The translations under genes were made by a program, and so were the position numbers. From Chiloscyllium plagiosum (taxonomy: Eukaryota), in assembly GCF_004010195.1 (NCBI RefSeq), contig NC_057718.1, forward strand, positions 6,949,579 to 7,013,578: a stretch of 64,000 nt of DNA. The letters are read 5' to 3'. Below are positions 1 to 13,549 of the stretch, piece after piece; position 1 is the first letter of the stretch, and each line of letters begins with the position of its first letter. The notes below the pieces were generated by a model. That model had not been told where the DNA came from and did not search any database. It was given only the letters and a program-made list of their open reading frames with translations.

Positions 1-634
1 AGATCTTTGAAAGTTGCCACTCATGTGGATAGAGCTTGTAAGAAGGCCTGTGGTGTATTAGCGTTCATTGAATTCCAGAGTCGTGAAGTGATGTTGCAAC
101 TGTACAGTACTTTGGTTAGGCCACATTTGGAGTACTGTGTGCAGTTCTGGTCGCCTCACTTTAGGAAACATGTGGAAGCTTTGGAGAGGGTGCAGAGAAG
201 ATTTACCAGGATGTTGCCTGGAATGGAGAATAAGTCGTACGAGGATAGGTTGAGTGTGCTAGGCCTTTTCTCATCCATGTAGCTATGACTTGATAGAGGT
301 TTATAAGATGATCAGGGGAATAGATAGAGTAGACAATCAGAAACTTTTTCCCTTGGTACAACAGAGTGTTACAAGGGGACATAAATTTAAGGTGAAGGGT
401 GGAAGGTATAGGGAGATGTCAGGGGTGGGTTCTTTACCCAGAGAGTGGTGGGGGCATGGAATGCGCTGCCTGTGGGAGTGGCAGAGTCAGAATCATTGGT
501 GAACTTTAAGTGGCAATTGGATAGGTACATGGATGGGTGCTTAAGCTAGGACAAATGTTCGGCACAACATCGTGGGCCGAAGGGCCTGTTCTGTGCTGTA
601 TTGTTCTATGTTCTATTTCGATGTTCTATGTTCT
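1..634 (+). mobile_element. CR1/HER1-type LINE, ORF2 C-terminus and 3' tail
   Basis: LVRPHLEYCVQFWSP...LERVQRRFTRMLPG motif; ends in (TTCTATG)-like microsatellite tail. Confidence 0.9.
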
Positions 635-721
635 TGGTGGTGGGGTCTAGTTTGGAGTTGGTGGAAGTATCCTGCAAGAATTCCATCCCATTTTCCCACT
701 TCCTTCACCTGTACCATATCA

Positions 722-1603
722 ACAAGGTTTCCCATGGGAGACTGGTTAGCAAGGTTAGATCTCATGGAATACAGGGAGAACTAGCCATTTGGATGCCGAA
801 CTGGCTCAAAGGTAAAAGACAGAGGGTGGTGGTGGAGGGTTTTTCAGACTGGGGGCCTGTGAACATTGGAGTGCCACAAGGATTGGGTGCTGGGTTCACT
901 ACTTTTCATCATTTATATAATTGATTTGGATGTAAGCATAAAAGGTATAGTTAGTAAGTTTGCAGATGATAGCAAAATTGGAGGTGTAGTGAACAGCAAA
1001 GAAGGTTACCTCAGATTACAACAGGATCTTGATCAGATGGGCCAATGGGCTGAGGAGTGGCAGATGGAGTTTAATTCAAATAAATGTGAGGTGCTGCATT
1101 TTGGGAAAGCAAATCTTAGCAGGACTTATACACTTAATGGTAAGGTCTGAGGGAATATTGCTGAACAAAGAGACCTTGGAGTGCAGGTTCATAGCTCCTT
1201 GAAAGCGGAGTTGCAGGGAGATAGGATAGTGAAGAAGGCATTTAGTATGCTTTCCTTTATTGGTCAGAGTATTGAGTACAGGAGTTGGGAGGTCATGTTG
1301 CAGCTGTACAGGACATTGTAGGGTGAGAGGAGAAAGATATAAAAGAGACCTTAAGGGCAACTTTTCCACGCAGAAGGTGGTACGTGTATGGAATGAGCTG
1401 CCAGAGGATGTGGAGGAGGCTGGCACAATTACAATATTTAAGAGGCATTTAGATAGGTAAATAAATAGGAAGGGTTTGGAGAGATATGGGCCGGGTGCTG
1501 GCAGGTGGAACTAGATTGGATTAGATATCTGGTCAGCATGGACAAGTTGGACCGTAGGGTCTGTTTCTGTGCTGTACATCTCTATGACTCTATATGACTC
1601 TAT
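722..1603 (+). mobile_element. CR1 LINE RT fragment with internal deletion and 3' tail
   Basis: KFADDSKIGG, WAEEWQMEFN motifs; TCTATGACTC tail. Confidence 0.9.
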
Positions 1604-1860
1604 CTGCTCAGATGAGGAGACATTCCACTCCCAAGCATCCCAGATGTCCATCTATTTTTAACAATGTGCTTTTCCACCCTCTGACATCTAGACTGCCCTC
1701 CAGGGCATCACCTCCATTCCCCATTCCACTGCTCAAAACCTCGCCCCCCACCCTCCTCCAAAAGCAATGAGGACTGACTCCCCCTTGTCCTCACCTACCA
1801 TCCCTCCAGTCTCTGCATCCAATGCATCATCCTTAATCGCTTCATTCCAACTCCACCTGG
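1604..1860 (+). mobile_element. Penelope-like RT C-terminal fragment
   Basis: CSDEETFHSQASQMS resembles CSQDDQFHLRKSQMAS of the element at 5.2-8.2 kb. Confidence 0.7.
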
Positions 1861-1865
1861 ATGAT

Positions 1866-1990
1866 TTTTGGTGGAAGCTTGCTGTGCACAAACCGACTCA
1901 CAATTTCCTACTTTCAAGCAACAAATCTCCTTCAAAAAGCTTTTAATTTGCTCTAAAGTACTTTGGGATCAGTTGAGCCAGTTAAAGAAA
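1866..1990 (+). mobile_element. DeuSINE (SacSINE1/AmnSINE1-like) 3' relic
   Basis: gcttgctgtgcacaaa...cttcaaaaag...taaagtactttggga resembles the remembered consensus. Confidence 0.55.
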
Positions 1991-2029
1991 TAGAATGATC
2001 TTTTTTCTTTCAAAACAGAAATACTTATA

Positions 2030-2612
2030 TAGTAGCATAGAGGTTAATTGGCCCATCGAACCTGCTCCACTATATAATATGGTCATGGTTGATTGCTCAC
2101 CTCAATGTCTTTTTGTTCACACTGCCCCCCCCCCCATATCCCTTTATTTCACTTGTACTTAGAAATCCCTTCATCTCTACCTTAAACATACTCAATGACT
2201 GAGTCTCCACAGCTCCCTGAAGAGGGGTTGCGTGTTTCAAAGATTCACCACCCTCTGACAGAAAAAGTAATCTCCTCATCACTACCCTCAGAGACTTCCA
2301 TCTCATATTGAAATTCTTTCCCTTGGTTCTAGTCTCCCCAGTCAGGGAAAACATCTCATCTTCATTTACTATTTAAGCGTTATATAGATTTCAGTTAGAT
2401 CATCCCTCGTTCTTTCAAACTGTTAAGAATGCAAACACATTTTCCCCAATCTCTTCACATAGGACAGTCCTGGCAACAAGTCTGATGAACCTCCCTTGCA
2501 CTCTCTCTTTGGATTGCTATTCTTGGCAGTGATATTCTTCCCAAGGTAAAGGGACCAAAACTAGACACAGAACTCCAGCTGTGGTCGAACCAAGTTCCTA
2601 TACAACTGAAGC
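2030..2612 (-). mobile_element. CR1 LINE 3' fragment
   Basis: Minus-strand MFSLTGETRTKG...; CR1 tail. Confidence 0.8.
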
Positions 2613-3367
2613 AAGATCTCGGAAAGTGATTGACTCCATGCTCATGACAGTCAGTCACCACCTCCAACCCACTACCCCGCATGACTCCTTTCCTTTTAGT
2701 GCTGTGTTGTCACCACTTTTTAAGTTGGCCCTTTTTCACAACTGTAACCATCTCTGAATCCCATCACGCTGCCTCTCACCCCCACAATTGAGTTAACCAG
2801 CTTCCCTCTCACAACTGTGGCCCCCACCACCGCCCTCCCATTGCATTTGGTGGATAGGTCCCCAGAACTGACTGCAGCCTACCCCCTCATTGAGTGGTTT
2901 ATACACACTGCCAGGAGTGATGAGTGATCATGTCCCTGACTGAGAGCTGTTGGGTTAAAATCTAAGAAACTTCATTGAATTGACTTTTGGACATTTTTCT
3001 CTTCTTAAAGCAGCTTGTCATGTGAATTTGGCAAGACTTTTCTCAATCTCAATGAACAGCTCAAAACAGCAATAGTCAGCAAACAATGGGTGGTAATCAG
3101 GTCATGTGAGGATTGGGGACATTTCGGAGGTAAGGTAGCTGAGGCATTAGTGTTAGAGCTGCTTCTTGTCTTTAGTATTCCCAACTGATTTGGACCATTA
3201 TATAGAGAAAATAAAGAAGGAACAAATTGAACATTGCTGGCAGAAGAGACATGTTGCTGAAATTTGTCATCTTTCCCTTATCAGGACAAATAGAAAAACA
3301 TCAAATTTCAAACAATCACATCAATGTTGGAATATTGCTTGCAATTCTGGTCTCCTTCCTAACGGAA

Positions 3368-3663
3368 AGATCTTGTGAAACTTGAAAGGGTTCAGAAAAT
3401 ATTTACAAGGAAGAGACGTCAGGGGCAATTTTTTCACGCAGAGGGTGGTACGTGTATGGAATGTGCTGCCAGAGGAAGTGGTGGAGGCTGGTACAATTGC
3501 AAGATTTAAGAGGTATTTGGATGGGTATATGAATAGGAAGGGTTTGGAGGGATATGGGCCGGTTGCTGACAGGTGGGACTAGATTGGGTTGGGATATCTG
3601 ATCGGCGTGGACAAGTTGGACCGAAGGGTCTGTTTCCATGCTATACATCTCTATGACTCTATG
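3368..3663 (+). mobile_element. CR1/HER1 3' end
   Basis: FFTQRVVRVWNVLPEEVVEAGTI; CTCTATGACTCTATG tail. Confidence 0.9.
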
Positions 3664-4264
3664 AAATTATACCACAACAGTGAATTGTTGTCGATTTGAC
3701 GCTAATTCGCTGAGACATTGCAAAGGAGAAAGCAATGATGAGCTCATGGCTCCAAAACACCTAGGTAACTCAAGAAATGTGTAAGGTTTGAACTTATTTC
3801 TTTTGATTGTGTCACAACCTCCATAAGGCCTATGGAGAAATCATACATTCAACTTCTTGTGGAGCCAATCAAGTATGAGTTCCCTTGGCAACAGACAATG
3901 GCCTCTTGAAGTGTAACTCACCACCTGAAGCCTCTATGAAGCAAACTCAGGTACGGTTCTATAGAACTCTCTGTCCCAGACTGGGACTATCCTATCTACA
4001 GTCCGAGTAGTGGCTCTATCTTGGTGTTCAACAATGAACGATGTTCCTTTCCAATCAGGTTTCCTGAGTTATTACAGTTTGCATAGGACAGGTACTTATG
4101 TATGAATATTTGCCACTTCTAGCAAGTATAATTGAGCCATTTATAAGTTCAACTGATTACCATAAATTGTTTGATAGGAGAGCGCACTCAGAATTGTTCA
4201 GAAAGTGTTGCCCAGTTGGGGAATCAGATCTAACAGCAGATGTTCTGTTTCGGATAAGAGTAAT

Positions 4265-4570
4265 TCATAGTTATGAAGCATTCTTCATATCCTCAAGATG
4301 GCTCAAAGTATTTTTGGAGAACTTTTGAAGTCTAGTCCCTCTTGCGTTGTAAGATAATGTGACACGCAATTCACATAAAGGCAAGTGCTCACAAACAGTA
4401 AAGTGATAATAATCAGAAAATCTGTTTTAGTGACATTGTTTGATGGATAAATGTTAAGAAAGACACAAAGTTCCAGCGGTCATCTTTAAAATGGTGCAAT
4501 CTGTGAATCCAAACTAGTTTACTGCCTCAATAGAAATGTGGTGACACTGACCACTGAAGTATCCCCTCTG
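4265..4570 (-). mobile_element. DeuSINE relic
   Basis: acaaacagtaaagtgataataatcagaaaatctgttttagtgacattgtttgatggataaatg resembles the Deu core. Confidence 0.6.
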
Positions 4571-4654
4571 GGTTAAATGACAAAGCACAGAACAATATTA
4601 ATTTAGCTGTCTTGTAAGCATAGAGTTTAACAAAAGTTATATGCTAAAATATTG

Positions 4655-4835
4655 AGCTAAAAATGGAAAGTTTCTGGAGCAATTGAGCAGGTTTGCCAAC
4701 TTCTGTGCAGAGAGAAGCAGGGTTAATACTTTAAGTTGGTTCTTACAAATAGTCAGAACAGACTTGAAACATTAACTTTGTTTCTCTCTCCACGGTTGTT
4801 GCCAGACCTGCTGAGTTTCTCCAGCACTTTCTGTT
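4655..4835. mobile_element. Palindromic Penelope-end derivative (decayed)
   Basis: Arms tctggagcaattgagcaggtttgcca and tgccagacctgctgagtttctccagc are imperfect inverted repeats. Confidence 0.65.
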
Positions 4836-5236
4836 AGCTATTCAGTAGCCAAACTGGGCAATGTCCCTCATAGTTCTCACCAGTAATAAATATTACATTA
4901 AAATAATGTTGAAAGACACGGAGATCAAGTGCATGGAAAACTATTAATAACAAAGGTTTCAGAGTTAATCATCGTGTTTTTTTCATAAAGTACAAAGGGT
5001 GGTAAAATTTTGAAATATTTTGAATTCTTGTCATGTCATCAACATCATTGATTTACAGATTCCTTGGAAAAAGTAGAACAGGATTTCGGGATAAAGTCCG
5101 AAAGTAGCATTAAAAGCCTAGAAATTCCACATAATAAAAAGAGAATTTGACTCATTCAGTCTCTACATAAAACTCTTTGCCTGTCTTTACCAAATGAGTA
5201 ATAAGAATGCTGTCCCATGGAGCTGAGGGGAATAAT

Positions 5237-8160
5237 GTCGAGAGTGTGGTGGTGGCAAAGCCCAGCAGGTCAAGCAGTATCCAAGGACCAGGAGAATTGA
5301 CATTTCGAGCATAAGCCCTTCATCAGGAATGAGGCCTGGGGATGGGGGAGTGCTAAGAGATAAATGGGAAGGGGGTGGGGCTGGGGGAAAGGTAGCTGAG
5401 AATGCGTTAGGTAGATGAAGGTGGGGGAGAAGGTGATAGGCCAGAGAGGAGGGTGGAGTGGACGGATGGGAAAGGTGATGGACAAGACAGGAGGGCGGCA
5501 CCAAGTTGGAGGCTTGGGACTGGGATAATGTGGGGGGAGGGAAATGAGGAAACTGTTGAAATCTACATTAATCCAGTGTAGTTACAGGGTACCAAGGCGG
5601 AAGATGAGGTGTTCTTCCTCCAGGCATCGGGTGGTTAGTGTTTGGCGATAGAGGAGGCCCAGGACCTGCATGTCCTTGATGGAGTGGGAGGGGGAGTTGA
5701 AGTGTTCAGCCACAGGGCGGTGGGGTTGGTGGATGCGGGTGTCCCAGAGATATTCTTTGAAATGATCTGCAAGTTGGTGCCCTGTCTCCCTGATGTAGAG
5801 GAGACCACATCGAGAGCAACAGATACAGTAGATGACATTGGCAGAGGTACAGGTGAATTTCTGTCAGATGCAGAAGAATCCTTTGGGGCCTTAAATGGAG
5901 GTGAGGGGGGAGGTTTTGCACTTCCTGCGTGACAGGGGAAGGTGCCGGTAGGGGAGTGTGTGCTGGTGAGGGAATTGTGGATCTGACAAGAGAGTCACAG
6001 AAGGAATGGTCTCTCCAGAATGCTGATAGGGTTGGGGAGGAAAATATGTCCCTCGGGGTCTGTTTGTAGGTGGCAGAAATGGCAGATGATGATGTGACGT
6101 ATACAGAGGTTGGTGGGGTGAAAGGTGAGGACCGGGGTTGGGGGGGGGGTGCGCTTCCGTCCTTCTTGCGATTGGAGGAGTGGGGTTCAAGAACGGAGAT
6201 ACAGGAAGTGGAGGAGATACGCTGGAGACCATTGTCGACCACGAGGGAAGGGAAATTGCGATCTTGGAAGAAGGACGCCATCTGAGATTTTCTAAGGTGG
6301 AATTGGTCATCCTGAGAACAGATGTGGCAGAGGCAGAGGAATTGGGAATAAGGGATGGCATAACTGCAGGAGTTAGGGTTGGAGGAGGTGTAATCTAAGT
6401 AGCTGTGGGAGTCAGTGGGCTTGTAGTAGATGTCCATGAATAGTTGGTCGCCAGAGATGGAGATGGAGAGGTCCAGGAAGGGGAGGGGGGTGTCCGAGAT
6501 GGTCCAGGTGAATTTCAGGTCGGGGTGAAAGGTGTTGGTGAAGTGGATGAACTGTTTAACCTCCGCATGGGAGCACGAGGTAACACCGATACAATCATTG
6601 ATGTAGCAGAGGAACAGGTAAGGAATGATGCCGGTGTAGCTGTGAAAGATGGACTCTTTCACGTACCCGACAAAGAGGCAGGCATAGTTGGGGCCCATGG
6701 GGGTGCCTATGGCCACCCCTTTGGTTTGGAGGAAGTGGGAGGATTGGAAGGAGAAGTTGTTGAGGATGAGGACCAGTTCAGCCAGGCGCATGAGGGTGTC
6801 GGTGGAAGGGTACTGGTTGGGATGACATGAGAGGAAGAATCAGAGACCTTTGCCATGGCAGATGGATGTGGACAGAGACTGGTTGTCCATGATGAAGATG
6901 AGGTGTTGGGGACCAGAGAAACAAACATCTTGGAGGAGGAGAAGGGCATGGGTGGTGTCATGAGCGTAGGTGGGGAGTTCCTGGACTAAGGGAGACAGGG
7001 CAGTGTCGAGGTAGGAAGAGATGAGTTCAGTGGGACAGGAGCAGGCCGAGACAATGGGTCGATCGGAGCAGTCAGGTTGGTGAATCTTAGGAAAAAAGTA
7101 GAATCGGGCGATGTGGGGTTCATGGACAATGAGGTTGGAGGCTGTGGATGGGAGATCTCCGGATGTGATGAAGTTTCGGATGGTCTGGGAGATGACGGTT
7201 TGGTGATGGGAGGTGAGGTCGAGGGGGTAGGAGGAGGAGGTGTCTGCAAGTTGGAGCCTGGCTTCAGCGGTGGAGAAATCCATGCACCAAACTACCACTG
7301 CGACCCCCCCTCCCACTTATCTGACGATTTGATGGTGAGGATGGGGTTGGAGTGGAGAGAGTGGAGAGCTACTCGTTTTGAGGGTGGGAGATTGCAATGC
7401 GTGAGGGATGGACAAGTTGAGGCTGTCGATGTCATGGCGGCAGTTAGAAATGAAGAGATCAAGGGCGGGTAACAGGCCAGTACGGGGTGTCCAGGTGGAT
7501 GGGGTGTATTGAAAGCGAGAGAAGGGGTCCTTGGTGGGTGGGCGGTGTCTTTATTGAAAAAGTGGACCCAGTGGCAGAGGCGACAGAATAAATGTTCTAA
7601 GTCGCAATGCATGTCAAACTGATTAATCTGGAGCGTAGAGGGATGAAGGTAAGGCCTTTGCTGAGGACTAAACATTCATCCTCAGTGAGGGGGTGGTCTG
7701 GGGAATGGTGAATGCACGGCAGGGTGGGGAGCTAGAACCCTGGGATGAGGCTGGGGCTGGGTGTGGGGGTGGAGACAGTCGCTTGAGTGGGTGTGATTTT
7801 CGGGTCAGGAGTGACATCACCAACAGAAGTGACGTTCACAAAGGGGGCCTGCAGCGGTAACCATGGGGGCAGAAGTGATGTCACTCATGACAGCGGCGAT
7901 GGAGTCACACATGTCCAGGTGAATGATGTGTTTAGGGGCGGAAGTGGCTGTGGCGGCAGCAACTGCGGGGGCAGAGGTGACGTGTAGAGCAAGTATCGCA
8001 ACGGTGCCGGAGGCGGGGAACCTGGCGGTGGTGGTGGATCCTGCAGCAGTAGTGGAAGTGGTCGTCTTCCTGGTGATCGCAAGGTGGTTGTCTGGGCAGT
8101 CCGTGTGATGGCAGCGTGGCAGGGGGAGGGTGCAGTGGAAGTGACATCACCGCTCACCCC
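5237..8160 (-). mobile_element. Long decayed Penelope-like retroelement (Neptune-type): RT, GIY-YIG endonuclease and 3' end with hammerhead motif
   Basis: Frameshifted ORFs 7292-7675, 6840-7316 (PKIH..RPIVS) and 5706-6791 (QTKGVAIGTPMGP, YIND at the YIDD site, FLDL, YYKPTDSHSYLDYTS); Cys-rich linker and NVIYCICCSRCGLLYI endonuclease near 5.8-5.9 kb. Confidence 0.92.
5299..5326 (-). ncRNA. Minimal hammerhead ribozyme motif
   Basis: CTGATGA-A-GGGC-TTAT-GCTC-GAAAT-GTC on the minus strand. Confidence 0.7.
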
Positions 8161-8164
8161 AGTG

Positions 8165-8515
8165 GTCATGGAAGGTTACATCATCAGTGAGCCTCCAGAT
8201 GAAGCTCTGGTGGCATGGCTCGCTTTCTATTTATGCATTTAGGGTTCCTTGGGCATTTCCTGTGGTGACATTATTTTCTGTGTGACGTCATTTCCTGTTC
8301 TTTTTCTTAGGGTGACAGAACAGGAAATGACATCACCACAGGAAATGATGCCACCACATGAAATGGCATCACCAACCCAAGGAAACCTAAACACAAAAAT
8401 AGAAAGTGGGCCATGCCACCAGTGCTTCAGTCAGACGCTCACAGATGATGTTACCTAGTATGGTGACGAAATGTCTGAAAACAAACCTTCCAGCTCAGTG
8501 AACAAACCTACATTC
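8165..8515. mobile_element. Inverted Penelope-end element (Poseidon-type family)
   Basis: Inverted ggaaatgacatcacc repeats; hammerhead-like 8442-8475 (CAGATGA..GTTACC/GGTGAC..GAAATGTC). Confidence 0.75.
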
Positions 8516-8715
8516 ACTAGAAAGAACGTTTAGTCTCATGTACAGGCCTGAACACCTCAACAACCTATATCATTCATTGCTTGCAACTGAATGAATAAGT
8601 AATGACAGCTACAAGAGCACTTGGGCTGCAGAGTATTAGAACAATGGAAAAACAGGAAGGACAAATCTGCCTAGCTCATGAGGCTTTGATATCTGCAAAT
8701 CTGCTGCCTTACTCC

Positions 8716-9203
8716 TGGGTTCAGAAGAGATTTACAAGGATGTTGCCAGGATTGGAGAGTTTGAGCTACAGGGAGAGGCTGAATAGGCTGGGCCTGTTTT
8801 CCCTGGAGCATCAGAGGCTGAGGGGTAACCGTATAGAAGCATATAAAATCATTAAGGGCATGGATAGGAAGAATAGTCAAGGTCTTTTTCCTGGTGTGGA
8901 GGAGTCCAGAACTAGAGGGCATAGTTTTAAGGTGAGTGGGGAAAGATATAAAAGGGACCTGGGGGCAACTTTTTCACACAGAGGATGGTGTGTGTATGGA
9001 ATGAGCTGCCAGAGGAAGTGGTGGAGGCTGGTACAATTGCAACATTTAAAAGGCATCTGGATGGGTACATGAATAAGAAGGGTTTCAAGGGATATAGGGC
9101 AAGTGCTGGCAAATGGGACGAGACTAATTTAGGATATCTGGTCAGCATGGATGAGTTGGACTGAGGGATCTGTTTCCATGCTGTACATCTCAATGGCTCT
9201 ATA
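8716..9203 (+). mobile_element. CR1/HER1 3' end
   Basis: VQKRFTRMLPGLESLSYRERLNRLGLFSLE. Confidence 0.9.
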
Positions 9204-9864
9204 ATTAATACACACAGAAGATGGTCAATGGAGTTAATCCCTCAGTTTCCATCACCGTTTCAGAGATTTCCCTTGTATTTTTGATTCCAGTATTCAAAAA
9301 CACTGAGTCATACAGTCACACAGCACAGAAGAGGTCCTTTGATCAGTCAGGGTGTGCTGACATATCACATTAATGGCCTAAGATGTCCAGTCAGCATTGG
9401 GACTAATGCTTCTAATGCTAACCAGACAAATATAACACTGCCCCCTCACCTTTCTATGATTTTATTTTTGAAAAATCTCATGGAGGATTTTGCAGTACTC
9501 AGTCAGCAGTTGAGGAGTCGAGTGAAGAGTCCAACGGGCCAGTTGTTGGCTCCCCAGGACAGGATTTGGTCCAGAATTCTTCAGTCCAACATTTCCTGGG
9601 TAGCGGGGGGAGATAGGAACTGTGCAGGGTCTGTTACTCAAGCTCAGACTCGAGACTTTGTCAGAAGGTACTGAGAGGCAGGCAGGGTTTGATCGGAATT
9701 TAGCTTCTACCTGGACTATTCCAATGAGGGAGGTCCTGCAGGATTCCCAGATCATGTCTCGGGTCGTACATTTGACAGGTTCCATGATTTTAGGGGTTGT
9801 CGTTGGCTTGTTCAGCCTCATATATGGACATCACATCCTCTACTGCCCAGAGTGTGCCTTGTCA

Positions 9865-10083
9865 GGTCGAAAAGTGTGGTGCTGGAAAAGCACAGCAGGT
9901 CAGGCAGCACCCAAGCAACAGGAGATTTGGGCATCAGCTCTTCATTAGGAATTATTCTGCTTGAAGGGCTTATGCCCGAAACGTCGATTCTCCTGCTCCT
10001 TGGATGCTGCCTGACCTGCTGCGCTTTTCCAACAACACGTTTCCATCTCTGATCTCCAGCATCTGCAGACCTCACTTTCTCCT
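9865..10083. mobile_element. Palindromic Penelope-end derivative
   Basis: ctggaaaagcacagcaggtcaggcagc pairs with gctgcctgacctgctgcgcttttcca; gggcttatgcccgaaacgtc hammerhead remnant. Confidence 0.8.
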
Positions 10084-10377
10084 CTGGGATTTAACAAGGC
10101 CAATACTCTGCAGCTTCCTCATATTTGATCCATTGAAGCAATATACTCAGTGTCACAGTTAAAGTCAGGCTTTGAACTGAGAGATAATGACAGCTAGAGC
10201 AAGTAAAAAATAGTAATCAGTGTAAGATAGTCTGGGCGTAAGTAACAGGACTCTCCAGTCTCTTGCTGCAGGATATTAGATTACTGAGAATTTAGGAGGA
10301 ACAGTTCAAACAGTCATTATTAGCCATTTACATCCCTAGTTTTGCCAATTCTCTGCAAATATCCCAAGCTTGTTTTT

Positions 10378-11245
10378 CTTTATTATTCACTCATGGGGAC
10401 ATGGGTATCACTGGCTGGGTCAACACTTATTGCATGTCTCTTACTGCCCTTGAGAAGTTGATGGTGAGCCTCCTTCTTGAACCGCTGCAGTCCATGTGCT
10501 GTGGGTTGATCCTCAATGCCATTAAGAGGGAATTTCAGGATTGTGACCCAACGACAGTGAAGGGACAGCGATAGATTTCCAAGTCGGGATGGTGAGTGGC
10601 TTGGAGGGGAACTTGTAGGTGGTGGTGTTCCCATGTATCTGTTTCCTTGACCTTCTAGATGGAAGTCATTCTTGGGTTTGGAACATCCTGTGAGGATCTT
10701 TTATAAATTTCTGCAGTGCATCTTGTAGATAGTACACACTGCTTTTACTGAGTGTTGGTGGTGGAGGAAGCAGATATTTGTGGATGTGGTGCCAATCAAG
10801 CTGATTGCTTTGTCCGTGATGGTGTCAAGCTGCTTGAATGTTGTTGGAGCTTCACCCATCCAGGCAAGTGGGGAGTATTCCATCACTCTCCTGACTCGCG
10901 CCTTGTAGATGGTGGATAGGTTTCCGAAGACTGATGGGGCGGTAATTGACTAGGTTGGATTTATTCTGCTTTTTATGTACAGTACATACTTGGGCAATTT
11001 TCCCCATTGTCAGGTAGATGCCAGCATTGTTACTGTATTGGAACAGCTTGGCTAGAGGCGCAACACGTTCTGGAGCACGTCTCCAGTACTATTGCTAGAA
11101 TAGTAATGGTCTGGGCCCATTGCCTTTGCAGTATTCAGTGTATTCAACCATTTCCTGATATCATGTGGAGTGAATTAAATTGTGTGAAGACTGGTATGTG
11201 TAACGCTGGGGACCACTGGAGGAGGCCAAGATGGATCATCCACTA
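10378..11245 (-). mobile_element. Second LINE family (CR1/L2 group), 3' part
   Basis: MEYSPLAWMGEAPTTFKQLDTITDKA; recurs near 17, 30, 48 and 53 kb. Confidence 0.8.
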
Positions 11246-11379
11246 GAAACCATAATGGGCTTTTATCAGCCTCATATACAGCAAGGCCAAAGATCTGCAG
11301 CTCCCTCATATTTGATCCAATTACGCATTTATGGGCAATGTTATGTTGCAATATTTGTGATACATACCTGTGTGTAGGA

Positions 11380-11482
11380 AAGCTGTGAGCTTGTTCTACC
11401 CAAGAGACTTGAAGGAGTGGCACCCCGTCAGAGGTGCCATCTCTAGGATCAACTGTTAAGCCTACTACCCTCTGGCTGGGCA
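11380..11482 (+). mobile_element. DeuSINE 5' relic
   Basis: gtcagaggtgccatctctaggatcaactgttaagcc. Confidence 0.4.
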
Positions 11483-11571
11483 TGGTGAGATGATGGTGAA
11501 GTGGTAATGTCACCACACAAATAACTTAGAGGTTAATGCTCAGGGACTTGGCAACTGATTTGATTGGAATT

Positions 11572-12333
11572 CAGAAAGTGTGAGGTGATGCACTTTGATA
11601 GGAACAACATTGAAAGAGCAGCATAAAATAGGGAGTACAATTCTAAAGGGGATGCAGGGGCAGAGAGAGCTGGGTGTATATGTGCATACATCATTGAAGT
11701 GGCAATACAGGTGGAGAGAACAGTAAATAAAACAGTGTTCTTGGCTTTATTAATAGGGGCATAGAGTACAAGAACAGGAAGGTTATGATTAACTTGTACA
11801 AGATACTTGTGAGACCTCAGCTGGAGTATTGACTGCAGCTGTTGGCCTCATATTATAAGAAACGTGTGAATGCATTGGAGAGAGGGCAAAAGTGATTAAC
11901 AAGAATGGTTTCAGGAATGAGAAACTTCCGTTATGAGGATAGATTGAAGAAGTCGGAACTGTTTTCCTTGGAGAGAAACCCAAGAGGAGATTTAAGAGAG
12001 GTTTTCAAAATCATGAGTGGGCGAGACAGTGCAGATAGGGAGAAGCTGTTCATGCTTGTGAAAGAAACAGAAATGAGAGGGCATAGCCTTAAGTGAATAT
12101 GCAAAAAAAAGACGGGTGATGCGAGATGTTTTTTCACACAGCAAGTCGTTTGGGTGTGGGATGCACTGCCTGTAAATGTGGTGGAGGTAAGTTCAATTGT
12201 GCTGTTCAAGAGGGCACTAGATGGTTACTTGGATAGAAATGGTGAGCAGGGATGTGGGGAAAAGACAGCAGATTAGGGAATAGAACCGGTGAGAGTATGA
12301 TGGACTGAATGGTCTCTTTCTGCACCATAACAA
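11572..12333 (+). mobile_element. CR1 fragment inserted in a tRNA-SINE (about 11485-12520)
   Basis: MRNFRYEDRLKKSELFSLE; flanks resemble the two halves of the SINE at 59835-60177. Confidence 0.8.
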
Positions 12334-12849
12334 TTAATTAGTCTGGAAAATTAGTAACAGTGATCATGACCAATTGTCAGAAAAAACAATCTGGTTTACT
12401 AATGTCTTTGAGTGAAGGGAATCTGTCGTTCGTACGCAGCCTGGCCTCTGTGTTACCATAATGTTTATAACTTTCATCCTCCTTATAAATACACAAGTGA
12501 GACATTCAGTTCAAGGGCATCCTGGTTAAACACATTAAGTGATGGTCAGAGCCAGGGTGGGGAGGCTCAATCATTTTCTCGGTTGACAGACCATATGCTG
12601 AACTATTTCTATCTATAAGTGAGATTCATAGCAGTTACATCTGCCCTCATTAGGCCCTCATCTTCACATACATTGCAACTTCACCCAATGAATCTTCTAA
12701 AGACACCCAACATTTCTGGAATTTGGGGTGTATCCCAGAGTGTCTCGTGTATACTTCAAACTCTCCAAAAGGTCAGCTCAGAAAGATCATTAAGTTGTGG
12801 TGGTATGATTTGAATTGGAGATGGTCTGATTTAACTTTGTTACAAACCT

Positions 12850-13549
12850 CGGTCCACTCGCTGTATCAACAGAGCTGCAGTTCAGAAGGTTGAGAGTGTC
12901 AATTTCCAAGGAGTGACAAAAACCAACCATCTGTCTTGGACCTCCCATGTAGATGTGACGGTCAAGAAGGCACAACAACGCCTCTTCTCCCTCAGGAGAC
13001 TCAGGAAATTCAGCATGTCCATACGGACCTTCACCAACTTTTACAGATGCACCACTGAAAGAATTCTATCAGGGTGCATAACAACCTGGTATGGCAACTG
13101 TTCTGTCCAGGACCATAAGAAACTACTGAAGGTGATGTGTACAGCCCAGACCATCACAGGAGCCAACCTTCCATCCATGGACTTCATTTACACAGTTCGT
13201 TGCTATGGAAAGGCTGCCAACATCATCAAAGACCCCTCCCATCCGGTCATGCTTTCCTACAACCTCTTCAGTCAGGCAGAAGATACAGAAGCTTGAACAC
13301 ACACACCAACAGGTTCAAGAACAGCTTCTTCCCTGCCATTAGACTGCTGAATGGACCTCTCTAACTTTAAATGTTGATCTTGCTTTGTGCCCCTCCTGTG
13401 CAGCCGTAATCTTGTATACTTCGCTCTGTCTAAGCCCCCTATAATCTGTCTGTATTTGTTTGCTAATGATCCCCTGTATTGCTTGCAAAACAAAGCTTTT
13501 CACTGTACTTCGGTACATATGATGGCAATAAATCAAATCAAATCAAATC
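12850..13549 (+). mobile_element. Rex1/Babar LINE 3' fragment
   Basis: KKAQQRLFSLRRLRKF...FYRCTTERILSGCITTWYGNCS; AATAAATCAAATCAAATC tail. Confidence 0.88.

Noticed and set aside
3681..5150. Plus-strand exon-like pieces (3681-3764, 3895-3950, 4059-4091, 5059-5150)
   Set aside because: Phases break between the second and third pieces, acceptors are mostly weak and no homology is recognised.
5706..6791. 361-aa ORF as an active reverse transcriptase
   Set aside because: Catalytic YIDD reads YIND and the element is frameshifted several times.
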